Shown here: positions 8,639 to 17,946 of the stretch, piece by piece | How positions within the stretch are numbered: position 1 is the first letter of the stretch | Layout of the letters: each line of letters begins with the position of its first letter | IMG/VR virus record: IMGVR_UViG_3300019487_000034 | Coordinates: 1 to 61,068 of that record | DNA: 61,068 bases | Source: a virus | Lineage: Duplodnaviria; Caudoviricetes | Reading direction: 5' to 3' (one strand) | Notes under the pieces: model-generated | Databases searched by the model: none | What the model was told of the DNA's origin: nothing | The model's input: the letters and a program-made list of their open reading frames with translations, nothing else | Position numbers and translations under genes: made by a program

Positions 8639-8694
8639 GAGTGAACCTCCGGAGCATATCGCCCCGGGGTAACGCCAACAATAAGGAATTACAC

Positions 8695-8991
8695 ATGGCG
8701 TACAACAGTGGAACGAAGTATTCTGGTACGAAGAATGCAACTGGAACCGGGGCAGCCCGTGCCGGTGCAACACGTGCGAAGGTGGCACCTCTCTTCTCCA
8801 CGGGTCTCTTCGTGAAGAAGGATGACGAGGGCAATCCGGTCTCGGGTGCAACTCTCGCCTCGGTCCAGGTCAAGGAGACGGTTACTCTTCCCGCTGGTAG
8901 TTGGATTAACCTCTATGCCAATGAGCCGAAGACTCCCAATCATCCGGAGTTCAGCATCAAGGTGAACCCGGGTCAGTTGCGGCAAGCTTAA
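8695..8991 (+). CDS. Putative small ssDNA-binding protein (DUF736-like)
   Basis: Beta-rich with NEPKTPNHPEFSI; follows exonuclease; AAGGA RBS. Confidence 0.4.
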   Translation: MAYNSGTKYSGTKNATGTGAARAGATRAKVAPLFSTGLFVKKDDEGNPVSGATLASVQVKETVTLPAGSWINLYANEPKTPNHPEFSIKVNPGQLRQA

Positions 8992-8996
8992 GTTTG

Positions 8997-9360
8997 AGCC
9001 CGGGCAGTACCCGGGTAGAGGGAGGTGGTAACCGTGTATTACCCCGTACAACGAGGCGTTACTGGACGCCTACCCACAAACGCATCAGCTTCGTTACAGC
9101 TGGATCGGATCTGATCACGATCCCAAAACTGATACTGCCTGGACATGCAGCAAAACTGTCCATCCAACCAAGATGTGGCGGCGTGGGAAGCTGGACCTGA
9201 CAGGGCAACTCTGTTGGAGACCTGGAGACACGCAGTGAGCAAACGGACCTGACCGGATCTGTACTGAAAGCGTACCGCACAACGGCATTGAGTTGCCAGG
9301 GCGCACGAGTGGTGAAACCAGATCCTCGCTGGAGTAGCGCCCGGCCCACATCTAATCAAC
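8997..9360 (+). ncRNA. Large structured non-coding RNA of unknown family
   Basis: ORF-free gap with many helices, e.g. AGATGTGG 9171-9178/CCACATCT 9346-9353, GGCAACTC 9204-9211/GAGTTGCC 9290-9297, GGGCGC 9299-9304/GCGCCC 9337-9342. Confidence 0.7.
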
Positions 9361-9375
9361 CCATCGGAGATTATC

Positions 9376-9543
9376 ATGGCAGTAGCAACTAATCCAAAGC
9401 GTTACCAGAATCAAGCGATGAGCAAGCCGATCCCGATGCGATCCGAGAATCATGCAAAGGTGAAGTGGATTGCACGAGATCCAGCTAAGCGTAACCGCAA
9501 GCAGCGACGTGCCTGGGCTGCCATCACGGGAGAATCTCTATGA
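9376..9543 (+). CDS. Small basic protein (55 aa)
   Basis: GGAG RBS; MAVATNPKRY...NRKQRRAW. Confidence 0.6.
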   Translation: MAVATNPKRYQNQAMSKPIPMRSENHAKVKWIARDPAKRNRKQRRAWAAITGESL

Positions 9544-9638
9544 CAGGAGAACACGTTCTCATCGGTGTTGTCATACTACTGAACATCCTGATATTTGCAG
9601 GCATGTTCTATAGCCAGGAACTGGAGAAATCCAAATGA
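9540..9638 (+). CDS. Small membrane peptide (32 aa)
   Basis: MTGEHVLIGVVILLNILIFAGMFYSQELEKSK; ATGA overlaps at both ends. Confidence 0.55.
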   Translation: MTGEHVLIGVVILLNILIFAGMFYSQELEKSK

Positions 9639-9955
9639 ATGACATTCTCTCCCATGCAGAGATCCAACAGTTGCTCCTCCGCAATAATGCTCAGCCCGAG
9701 CTGGGTCGTCCCCAATACATTGGCTGGTCCGACAATCGTATCCGCCCGATATCCCAGTCGGATCTGGACGAGGCGAATCGTCGGGCCAACCTCGGTCCTG
9801 CGCTCAACTACCAGCGGTGGCTAGCCAAGCTCAACTCCAAACGGTGGCGCTTCAATGCTGGCAAGGGGCATCGCTATTGTATGCGCCCGACTAGGGTCCG
9901 TGCCGGTGATAGCTGGCAGTGGTCCGAGGTTGAACTCAATGCGAGAGTGAGGTGA
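9635..9955 (+). CDS. Hypothetical protein
   Basis: GGAG RBS. Confidence 0.65.
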   Translation: MNDILSHAEIQQLLLRNNAQPELGRPQYIGWSDNRIRPISQSDLDEANRRANLGPALNYQRWLAKLNSKRWRFNAGKGHRYCMRPTRVRAGDSWQWSEVELNARVR

Positions 9956-9958
9956 GTA

Positions 9959-10546
9959 ATGAACATGACACCCCGATTCAAGTTCGAACAGTTGAATGAG
10001 GGCGACTCAGTGGAGTTCGGATTCTCCACCTCCTCCTGGACTGATGTTGCAGATCGCCTATACGACTTCCTGCTGGGCTGTGGCTTCAGTCTCGGTCGTC
10101 AGGACCTGGCCGATCACTTCGATCAGTCGGTATTCTCATCGGTGGTAGACGGGGTCATCGAGGAGCATAGTGATGCTCTAGATAAACTGGATGATCGTCC
10201 GGATCAGTTCGCTCCGGAACGGTACACGGAGCTGGATAATCATGCGGAGCGATATGGCATGCAGGGTCCAGGGGAGGAGGCCAGCCCGGCCCCGCCGGGT
10301 ACTCTTGCCGCTACACCCAGTAGCCCCCGGTTACTGTACGAGTTTACAGCATCCGATACCTATGGGAAAACATTGCCAGAGATCTGGGCCGTTGCTCGTC
10401 GCAGCGTCGAGGCCCAACAGGACTACGAGATGCAGGTGGACGGAACCATGTGGCCTAGTTATCGAGTGGTCATGACTGGATGCACGGTGAATGATTCCTC
10501 CGATGGATTACAGTACCTATTCGAGGTGTGGAGTAATTATGTCTAG
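9959..10546 (+). CDS. Acidic hypothetical protein
   Basis: GAGGTG RBS, 195 aa. Confidence 0.7.
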   Translation: MNMTPRFKFEQLNEGDSVEFGFSTSSWTDVADRLYDFLLGCGFSLGRQDLADHFDQSVFSSVVDGVIEEHSDALDKLDDRPDQFAPERYTELDNHAERYGMQGPGEEASPAPPGTLAATPSSPRLLYEFTASDTYGKTLPEIWAVARRSVEAQQDYEMQVDGTMWPSYRVVMTGCTVNDSSDGLQYLFEVWSNYV

Positions 10547-10745
10547 AACAGTTTCCACTCGCTGTCGTGTCTACGAGGAGGGAACCCAGGACTATCACGG
10601 GGATAACACGCTGGATGTACTGAGTCATTGGAACATTCACCGCTGGGTGGTACTGAGGCTACCGGATGGTCAGCGCTTCACGGTTACTGCGGCAGATCTG
10701 CAGGCTGCAATTACAAATGCAACTAACTTCAGCATGGGTGAGTAA
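10539..10745 (+). CDS. Hypothetical protein
   Basis: GGAG RBS, operon packing. Confidence 0.6.
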   Translation: MSRTVSTRCRVYEEGTQDYHGDNTLDVLSHWNIHRWVVLRLPDGQRFTVTAADLQAAITNATNFSMGE

Positions 10746-11395
10746 TGCCGTATCACAATTGGTCCGATGATTCCGTCGATTGGGAGGGTATCAACGATGC
10801 CGCTCGTTACATTGCCGTATGGCTCCGTCGCTGGGCCCGACTTCCCGTCCGAGATTACAAGGAGAAGTTCGGGACAGTTCGCATCTATTGCGGTTTCGGC
10901 TGGCACCAACTCCACGATATCACTCACCCCGGATATTGTTTCTCACAGTATCCCGAGTGGCTGTGGCATCTAGACTGCCGCTACATCCGTCGGCTCATGC
11001 CTCTCGTGAACTGGGCAGTAGTACCCGTGCACCGAGCATTGTATCGCTGGCGTTACGGTCGAGCTATTCGCAAGTGGCCCCATTTGGCAGGCGAGATCCT
11101 CATGGGTGCCGACTGGCACGAGGATCTTCTCGGCCTAGATCCCAATCTGCATCTGGTGCAGACTGGAGATCACAGTTGGAGTTACTGGTGGACCGGCTAT
11201 GACGGGGGCCGGAAGGATTGGAAGACGAAGTTCATGCTGGAGCAGGAGGCATACGATGAGGGAACTGAAGCTCTCCCCGGAGGACGAGCATCTACGGAAG
11301 TTCTGCCAGGTGATACCTCGGAACAATCATCGTCGAGCGGGAATCCAGATGTACCATGCGGTGATGACCCGGACGTTAACGGGTCGGAAACGTAG
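10745..11395 (+). CDS. Trp-rich hypothetical phage protein
   Basis: YKEKFGTVRIY motif; TAATG overlap. Confidence 0.65.
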   Translation: MPYHNWSDDSVDWEGINDAARYIAVWLRRWARLPVRDYKEKFGTVRIYCGFGWHQLHDITHPGYCFSQYPEWLWHLDCRYIRRLMPLVNWAVVPVHRALYRWRYGRAIRKWPHLAGEILMGADWHEDLLGLDPNLHLVQTGDHSWSYWWTGYDGGRKDWKTKFMLEQEAYDEGTEALPGGRASTEVLPGDTSEQSSSSGNPDVPCGDDPDVNGSET

Positions 11396-11801
11396 GCGAA
11401 GGGCACCGCCCGTTTACCGGTTGATCATGCAGCGAGTCCTAGGTGTGAGGCGCCTGCCTCGGCGCATGCATGTGGATCACATCAATGGCGATCCCCTGGA
11501 CAATCGCCGTGAGAATCTGCGCATGGCAACACCGATGCAGAACGCAGCCAATGCACATAAGCGTAGTGGTTGCAGCAGCATCTACAAAGGTGTGAGCTGG
11601 TGCAGAGTGAAGCGGAAGTGGAAGGTCGAACTGAATCTAACCGTGATCCCGGGGCTAAGAGGTCGCCGATCCCGGGCGGTCCGTCTCAACCTGGGTTACT
11701 TCGAAGTTGAAGAGGATGCAGCTGCATGCTATAACTCCATCGCTACCGAATGGTACGGTGACTTTGCGAGATTGAATGATGTTAACTCAGCGGATGATTG
11801 A
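11256..11801 (+). CDS. HNH homing endonuclease with AP2-like domain
   Basis: VDHINGDPLDNRRENLR, SIYKGVSW, LGYF..EEDAA..YN, GDFARLN; GGAGG RBS. Confidence 0.85.
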   Translation: MRELKLSPEDEHLRKFCQVIPRNNHRRAGIQMYHAVMTRTLTGRKRRRRAPPVYRLIMQRVLGVRRLPRRMHVDHINGDPLDNRRENLRMATPMQNAANAHKRSGCSSIYKGVSWCRVKRKWKVELNLTVIPGLRGRRSRAVRLNLGYFEVEEDAAACYNSIATEWYGDFARLNDVNSADD

Positions 11802-11967
11802 CCAGCAATGTAGAGATGCATACGGTATGATACAGATGGACTGGCTCCTTGCCTTGATGGATTTACTGAAGATACCACCCGAGGAACGGTGGCCCTGGTA
11901 CGGTCAGCTGATATATAATCGACAGTATGATATCCGCAGAAAGTTCCCCGACATAACGGAGGATTAA
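11776..11967 (+). CDS. Hypothetical protein
   Basis: Fills gap before polymerase. Confidence 0.5.
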   Translation: MMLTQRMIDQQCRDAYGMIQMDWLLALMDLLKIPPEERWPWYGQLIYNRQYDIRRKFPDITED

Positions 11968-11968
11968 C

Positions 11969-14221
11969 ATGTCGAACGTGCTGTCCTCAACTGATCAGCT
12001 TACTGTATATACCCAGCCAAAACCATTCACCATATTACAGCCCACCTCCTGCCCCCCACGGGGCATTGGTATTATCGTGGATCCCAGCTGCTGGGTCGAG
12101 GCTATTGATCGAGTACTGACAACTCGGGATGTGGTCGCAATCGACTTCGAGACACGGGGTACTGACCCCACTCTACCAGATAACTACATTGTGGGTATGG
12201 GTCTAGCTGGTTCCGACTTCAATTACTATCTCCACCGAATTGGTAATGAGGAACTGTTCGACCATATGTTGGAACACCTGATAGGGTCGGACGTGCGGTT
12301 CATTGCACATAACGTTTACTTCGATGGTCAATGGATATATGCTCGAAAGGGACCAGCTCCTGCCTTCCTGCAGTGGCATCTCAACTGGGAGTCCTGCACG
12401 TATGCCCTGTATCGTAAGCTTGCCACCGAGGGCTGGGTCGGACAGCGTTGGTCACTCAAGGATGCTATGACTGACTTGCTACTGTGGGAGTCAGCCAATG
12501 ATGATGGCATCAGTCAGTGGCTTGTGGCCAACGGTTATACGAATGGCTCGGGCAATGCATTGAAGGGCGAGATGTGGCGGTGTCCGCCGGAGATACTCGG
12601 TGAGTACTGCCTCCTAGATGCCGAGGCTACCTACCTCCTCTACACTCGGATCCTGCGGCCAGCGATGGAGCGATTCCCCGAGCTTCAACGATTCCACCAG
12701 CAGGATTTCCTCCATCTGATCCGGCGCCTGATAGAGCAGAAACTCCACGGTATCCTCGTGGATAGGGAGGGACTGATCGCTGCACGTGATGAGATCCTCA
12801 GTGAGTTGGGACCCATGGAGTGTTGGATCCGAGAGGAGTCTGATATCGCCGAGCCCATTCACCAGTGGGAAGAGAACAAACTTGCCGAGTATGACGAGCG
12901 GGAACCACCTCAATATCGTAAGCGGCCGAAGATGGGGGCCGAACCGGCCCAATTCAAGAAGGATGGGAATACCTCCAAGGTGTGGATCAAGTGGTGTGAG
13001 AAGCGTGATCGTCCTCCGGTGCGGTCTAAGGCATGGGAGAAGTGGGAGAATCGCCGACAGGAGATTCTGGGTGGTCTAGACGAAGCGTATAGGTTCAATC
13101 TCCGCTCCGGCGATCACCTCCGGTGGCTCTTCTTCGACGCACTGGGATTCGAGCCTACTGAGTTTACGAAGGGTGGGCAGCCCAAGTGCGACACCGACAC
13201 GATGCGACGATATGGTCCAGGAGGTGCGGCACTCGAGAAGTTCCACCTGCTCCATAAGGAGCTGGGATTCGTTACCGCTTACATTGAACTGACTGAGCAT
13301 CGAGATACGGTGCACCCCGGGTTCCGATCGCCCGGCACACTGACGGGTAGACTGTCCGGGACGGAACCGAATGTTCAGCAGGTCCCGAAGAGTCGGCGCT
13401 TCCTCCAATGTCTGCGTGCACGTCCGGGTCACGTCTGGATCGATGCCGACTTCACTGCACTCGAGCCTGTGGTAGCTACCGAGCTGAGCGGAGACCCGGA
13501 ACTCATGAAGGTATTCGGCCCGAACGCTCCGGCCGGGAGTGACATCTATCTGCACACGGGCGCAGGTCTCCCCCAATTCCGGGATCAGATTGTGGCTGCC
13601 GGGTACGATTCCGAGAACCTGACTGCTGAAGGGGCGGCCCATGCGAAGAAGGCAGTGAAGCCGCTGCGGGCTATCTGCAAGGTCCTGTACCTGTCATCAC
13701 AATATGGTGCCGGGCCCAACAAGATCTGGCGCACACTCACAGCGGACGGCGTGGACATCAGTCTCGAGCAGGTTCGTGAACTGCACGAGCAATACTGGGA
13801 GTACTATCAGGGGATCAAGAGCTGGGAGAAGCAGCTGAGAAAGGAACACCGGGAGAATCGTGGCTTCGTGATAAATGGTATCGGCCGTCCCATCGGTGTT
13901 CACGAGGATTCGGACCGCAAGTTCGACAAGCGGAAAGATATTGTCAATCGTGTGGTGCAATCTACTGGCCACGACATCCTGGTACAATATCTGTATGGCC
14001 TATGCCAGCTCTTGGATATCGAGGGGATACACTGGAAGCCGATTATTGTGGACTTCCATGATGAAGTTCTGGTAGAAGTACCAGAGGAGGAAGCGGAGGC
14101 AGCCATTGCCTGCTTCCGTAGGGCCCAGGATCAACTGAACGCCCAGCTGGGTGGGACAATCCCACTGAGGATTAACCCGGTGATAGTGAAGACATTGGCC
14201 GACGCAAAACTGGAAGATTAA
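11969..14221 (+). CDS. polA: Family A DNA polymerase with 3'-5' exonuclease
   Basis: Exo DFET, HNVYFD, YCLLD; TGRLS..PNVQQVP; motif A DADFTALE; motif B RAICKVLYLSSQYG; motif C FHDE. Confidence 0.95.
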   Translation: MSNVLSSTDQLTVYTQPKPFTILQPTSCPPRGIGIIVDPSCWVEAIDRVLTTRDVVAIDFETRGTDPTLPDNYIVGMGLAGSDFNYYLHRIGNEELFDHMLEHLIGSDVRFIAHNVYFDGQWIYARKGPAPAFLQWHLNWESCTYALYRKLATEGWVGQRWSLKDAMTDLLLWESANDDGISQWLVANGYTNGSGNALKGEMWRCPPEILGEYCLLDAEATYLLYTRILRPAMERFPELQRFHQQDFLHLIRRLIEQKLHGILVDREGLIAARDEILSELGPMECWIREESDIAEPIHQWEENKLAEYDEREPPQYRKRPKMGAEPAQFKKDGNTSKVWIKWCEKRDRPPVRSKAWEKWENRRQEILGGLDEAYRFNLRSGDHLRWLFFDALGFEPTEFTKGGQPKCDTDTMRRYGPGGAALEKFHLLHKELGFVTAYIELTEHRDTVHPGFRSPGTLTGRLSGTEPNVQQVPKSRRFLQCLRARPGHVWIDADFTALEPVVATELSGDPELMKVFGPNAPAGSDIYLHTGAGLPQFRDQIVAAGYDSENLTAEGAAHAKKAVKPLRAICKVLYLSSQYGAGPNKIWRTLTADGVDISLEQVRELHEQYWEYYQGIKSWEKQLRKEHRENRGFVINGIGRPIGVHEDSDRKFDKRKDIVNRVVQSTGHDILVQYLYGLCQLLDIEGIHWKPIIVDFHDEVLVEVPEEEAEAAIACFRRAQDQLNAQLGGTIPLRINPVIVKTLADAKLED

Positions 14222-14231
14222 TAGGCCCAAT

Positions 14232-14498
14232 ATGCGGATGCAAAGCTCGTGGAAATACCCTGGACTGTGGAGACACGTGGATAACACCACGGTGGCCATG
14301 GAGGTGACCAACTGTACCTGGGTCCCGGAGAAGGATTCCTGGAGTATGAGAGTGAGCTGGTATAACATTGGGCACTGTCATCTCCCGTGGCCTCTCGGCA
14401 TATCACAGCGAATCTGGATCCGCCGGGAACATGCAGGTAATTGGCAGCGTATGGGTGAGCAGGACTTCGGACCTGCCCCAATCCACAGGAGTCTCTGA
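14232..14498 (+). CDS. Hypothetical protein
   Basis: Operon packing. Confidence 0.6.
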   Translation: MRMQSSWKYPGLWRHVDNTTVAMEVTNCTWVPEKDSWSMRVSWYNIGHCHLPWPLGISQRIWIRREHAGNWQRMGEQDFGPAPIHRSL

Positions 14499-14926
14499 TG
14501 CACAAGAGGTTCGATCAGCAACTGTTCGACGATAATGACTCGGTCGCCAAGCGAACCGTGACGGAGTACCTCCTGTGTACCGAGGATGCAATAGTGGAGA
14601 ACTACCCGGATCCGTACCACGTGGACCTGTTGGTAACGGGTGGTCTCGGTAACAAGCGGGCCATTGAGTGCGAAGTGAAGAGAGTCTGGTCGGGTGCGGA
14701 CTTCCCATGGGACTCGGTCCAACTTCCCGAGAGGAAGCGGAAGTATCTGGACTGCGGTTATCCCGTGGAATACTGGCTGTTGAACAACGAGCTGAGCTAT
14801 GCTATTGTCATCCCCGGCGATGCACTGTTGAGGCATGAGCCGGTCGAGGTCAGTAATCGATACGTGCGGAAGGGCGAACGCTTCTACCAGATACCTCTGG
14901 TAGAATGCTCCATGAGGATATTATGA
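14498..14926 (+). CDS. Putative PD-(D/E)xK nuclease
   Basis: YHVDLL...IECEVK pattern; ERKRK. Confidence 0.55.
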   Translation: MHKRFDQQLFDDNDSVAKRTVTEYLLCTEDAIVENYPDPYHVDLLVTGGLGNKRAIECEVKRVWSGADFPWDSVQLPERKRKYLDCGYPVEYWLLNNELSYAIVIPGDALLRHEPVEVSNRYVRKGERFYQIPLVECSMRIL

Positions 14927-14957
14927 GTAGCACACTGCGTTTCAGTAGGAGAACCCC

Positions 14958-15518
14958 GTGAGCACAACACTACCGTCCAAGTCCTCCGCTGCCTACGCTG
15001 CGATCAGAGAGAACGTACTCCCCCTTACGAGGGGCATCGTATTGGTCGTGGATCCCAGCATCGGCAGCCAGTCCTCGCTACCCGGCTGGGCCGTCTACGG
15101 TGGCGGGGATTCACTTCTGGACTCTGGCGTGATCCCGATGGATGTCACTGAGTCACGGCCGTACAGGCTCCGTGCCGTGTACGATAAGCTCGAGAATCTG
15201 ACCACTGCCTGGCAGCCTCACGTCATAGTGTACGAGGAGGTCCCGGTCATGGCGCATGCAGGCCGTAGCCAGGTGTCCCACGCCTCACTGCTGAATGCGG
15301 TGGGTGTAACCCTAGCTGCCACTCATCTGCCCGGCGTGGGCTACGTGGGGATCCAGCCGATCGTGTGGAAGAAGAGGGTCTCTGCGGACTACGTGAAGGG
15401 TGACGAAGCGGATGCGATTGAGATGGGTCAGATTGTGATTGCCATGGCCCACGAGATATTACTGAAGGATCCTCCGAGGAAGTATCGTACGGCTAGGGAG
15501 GGGGGAGATGAAGCGTAA
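14958..15518 (+). CDS. RuvC-like Holliday junction resolvase
   Basis: VVDPS, IVYEE, PIVWKK, DEADAI acidic tetrad. Confidence 0.7.
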   Translation: MSTTLPSKSSAAYAAIRENVLPLTRGIVLVVDPSIGSQSSLPGWAVYGGGDSLLDSGVIPMDVTESRPYRLRAVYDKLENLTTAWQPHVIVYEEVPVMAHAGRSQVSHASLLNAVGVTLAATHLPGVGYVGIQPIVWKKRVSADYVKGDEADAIEMGQIVIAMAHEILLKDPPRKYRTAREGGDEA

Positions 15519-15855
15519 CCCACTGCCGGAAACAGTGAGTGTACTGGGCGTCCCCTTCCGGGTACTGATAGTGGATGAGGTGGATGACCAGGACTCCTCC
15601 GGGGAAACATGTGGGGAGCATCGGCACATCAAGATCGCCTCCTCCCAGGATACACGCAGACGCTGGACCACGTTTGCCCTGCATGAGTACCTACATGCGG
15701 CTCTTGTAATCAATGGGGTCCATTCGGTCCTCGGCGAGGAACTCGAGGAGGTGATAGTGCAATCCCTAGAGCATGCACTCGAGCAACTATTACTGACCCA
15801 CGGCAAGCAACTCCTGGCAGCATTGGCTGTACAGAAGGAGGATATAAATGATTGA
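15508..15855 (+). CDS. HExxH metallopeptidase-like protein
   Basis: LHEYLHA followed by EEVIV. Confidence 0.7.
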   Translation: MKRNPLPETVSVLGVPFRVLIVDEVDDQDSSGETCGEHRHIKIASSQDTRRRWTTFALHEYLHAALVINGVHSVLGEELEEVIVQSLEHALEQLLLTHGKQLLAALAVQKEDIND

Positions 15856-16267
15856 ACTAGTGACTAGGATTCATCTATTCGACAGAACATATCAACAGCG
15901 AATCAATACCATCGAGGTGAATCAGCAGATGGAACTCCCGGATTGGATGGTTGACGACCGTATGCCACAAGTATACGCTCCCTATTTTGAACTCAAGGGG
16001 AGAACGGTCAGTCCTGGTGGAACCGAGGCGCAGTATGCGCACAACTCAGCTCCACCTATTGTTGTTGCTACAAGGTTAACATACCTACTGAAGCTGTCCG
16101 TTCCAGGATCTGGTTTAGAGCTAGTTCATGTCGGGATTCCGTGGGGAGATTTGCCCGGGTTATCAATGAGTACCGAGGAGCCCGAGTGCGCCTGCGATAT
16201 CCGGGCACTGATGTCATCAGGCCATAACAGTGGCTGTCAGTACCTACAGTGGAAGAGGAGCAAGTGA
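15848..16267 (+). CDS. Hypothetical protein
   Basis: AGGAGG RBS; C-terminal CAC...GH..GC. Confidence 0.65.
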   Translation: MIELVTRIHLFDRTYQQRINTIEVNQQMELPDWMVDDRMPQVYAPYFELKGRTVSPGGTEAQYAHNSAPPIVVATRLTYLLKLSVPGSGLELVHVGIPWGDLPGLSMSTEEPECACDIRALMSSGHNSGCQYLQWKRSK

Positions 16268-16515
16268 GTTACCGATATGTATCCAGCATCATCTGTCCCC
16301 ACTGTGCCGATAGGGTCTGGTCCCGGTATGGTCACGACATGAGGTACTGCTTCTGTCAATACTGCTTCATCGATGGGGGACGGGCCTATACTCGGGTGGG
16401 TTATGGGGGTACCGATTGGCCCGAACCCTGGACCCCTCCAGTATTATCGAAGATGCGTGTACCAACGGCCGAACTGGCTCCGTATCAGAGGGTGACGAGC
16501 AGATGGCCCTACTAG
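16264..16515 (+). CDS. Zn-binding hypothetical protein
   Basis: CPHC...HD...CFC...IDGG. Confidence 0.7.
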   Translation: MSYRYVSSIICPHCADRVWSRYGHDMRYCFCQYCFIDGGRAYTRVGYGGTDWPEPWTPPVLSKMRVPTAELAPYQRVTSRWPY

Positions 16516-16787
16516 CTTATCTTGGAAGGTCCAACGCTGTCATAATTATCCTGTTACTATCGGCATGTGCAACCCCATACCGCTACTCGGATACTCGGTA
16601 CCCCGGGTGTGAGTTGGTTCAACCGCTAATGGTGGATATGACCGGGTTGGGCTGGGATGATACCATATCCCGTACCACTATTGACCGGGCACGACACGTG
16701 TGCTACTATCGGTATCGAGGTTGCCTGTCGAAGATAACCCGCACAATGGAGTACTCCTTCCGGGTACTCTGCAGACGAACGAAGTGA
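16503..16787 (+). CDS. Putative lipoprotein
   Basis: Hydrophobic stretch plus lipobox LSAC. Confidence 0.55.
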   Translation: MALLAYLGRSNAVIIILLLSACATPYRYSDTRYPGCELVQPLMVDMTGLGWDDTISRTTIDRARHVCYYRYRGCLSKITRTMEYSFRVLCRRTK

Positions 16788-16793
16788 GTCTGC
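16750..16793 (+). repeat. Two-hairpin element copy A (variant first loop)
   Basis: Hairpin then GCAGAC-GAACGAAGTGA-GTCTGC. Confidence 0.6.
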
Positions 16794-16807
16794 TAGGAGG
16801 AGCCAGT

Positions 16808-17029
16808 ATGTTTCGCATAGGCAACATAGTGATCAGTGTACTACTGTGGACCGGAATCGTGATCCTGACCAGTTGCATGATGACTGACCCCAGTCAATGG
16901 CGCCCCGAGCAGCACATGATGATGAGTCGCAACTGCCGGATCGTGTGTAAGCCCGGGCAGGTTCTCCGATATGACTCAACTGATGGTTCATGTGATTGCC
17001 AGCCGAGTCAACCTAGACCACGCAAGTAA
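16808..17029 (+). CDS. Putative Cys-rich lipoprotein
   Basis: Signal plus lipobox LTSC; AGGAGG RBS. Confidence 0.6.
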   Translation: MFRIGNIVISVLLWTGIVILTSCMMTDPSQWRPEQHMMMSRNCRIVCKPGQVLRYDSTDGSCDCQPSQPRPRK

Positions 17030-17067
17030 TAGCTGGGGTCACGGCTCGTGCGATTGTCAACCAACCG

Positions 17068-17101
17068 GTCGTCGTCGAGACGACTAGCGAACGGAGTGAG
17101 C
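17068..17101 (+). repeat. Two-hairpin element copy B
   Basis: GTCGTC-GTCGA-GACGAC ta GC-GAACGGAGTGA-GC. Confidence 0.75.
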
Positions 17102-17102
17102 A

Positions 17103-17663
17103 ATGGGTCACAGAAACAGAGAGATTGAACTGAAGATGCTCGTGCCGGGAACCTACACTCACATCTGCGAGGAACTGGACAGGATACTCTCAGACGAGAA
17201 ACCGCAGATACGGACTGGTAGTTCCCTTGACACCTACTGGACCATTCATGATGGGCGTGCAGAAGCACAGTTCCTCCGGGTCCGTGAGCGTGACGGGATC
17301 CGGCAGATCACCGCCAAGGGCAAGGACCGGGGTACCAACGTCAACCGCATTGAGGTTGACATTGATTCCACCAGTGAGACCCATCGGATTCACCGCCTAC
17401 TCCGGTGTGTCCTGGGGAAGCCCGCCGGTGTAGTGCAGAAGGTGTACAAGGTGTGGGAGCTAGAGTCCGAATATGACACCGTATGCGCCTACGAGGTATT
17501 GGAACCAGAGAATAAGCTGGGCATGGTTATCGAAGTTGAGGCACGTACCGAGGAGCGCATGCGGGAACTTGAAATGCTAGTACGGGGGGCCATCCCCGGA
17601 GTGCAGACTGCACCGGGTAGTCTATATGAGTTGTTGATCGCCAAGAGTGTACCAATCAAATGA
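17103..17663 (+). CDS. CYTH-domain protein (triphosphate tunnel metalloenzyme / class IV cyclase-like)
   Basis: EIELK, DTYW, LRVR, ITAKG, RIE, IEVE motifs. Confidence 0.8.
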   Translation: MGHRNREIELKMLVPGTYTHICEELDRILSDEKPQIRTGSSLDTYWTIHDGRAEAQFLRVRERDGIRQITAKGKDRGTNVNRIEVDIDSTSETHRIHRLLRCVLGKPAGVVQKVYKVWELESEYDTVCAYEVLEPENKLGMVIEVEARTEERMRELEMLVRGAIPGVQTAPGSLYELLIAKSVPIK

Positions 17664-17675
17664 AGGAGTGAGGAG

Positions 17676-17930
17676 ATGCCCACTGTAACAATCAAGTTCA
17701 CCCTACCCGAGGAACGGGACGAGTACGAGATGGCTAACCGAGCCATGGCCATGGCCATTGCTATTGAGCAGATTGGCAATGAGGTGTTCCGACCCGCCCG
17801 GAAGCACGGTTACCCGGAGCAGGAACTGGCTTCTCTCCTCGAGAAGTGTGGGGATGCAGGCCCGGAATTGGTATCTGCTCTGGAACAGAAGTACTATGAG
17901 ATTCTACGTGAGAATAATGCCGTGGGCTAA
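17676..17930 (+). CDS. Hypothetical phage protein
   Basis: KFTLPEE motif; GAGGAG RBS. Confidence 0.7.
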   Translation: MPTVTIKFTLPEERDEYEMANRAMAMAIAIEQIGNEVFRPARKHGYPEQELASLLEKCGDAGPELVSALEQKYYEILRENNAVG

Positions 17931-17946
17931 CAGGCGAGGAATAGCT

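Noticed and set aside
8997-9360. CsrB/RsmZ-like GGA sponge
   Set aside because: GGA triplets are frequent but mostly in stems, not hairpin loops
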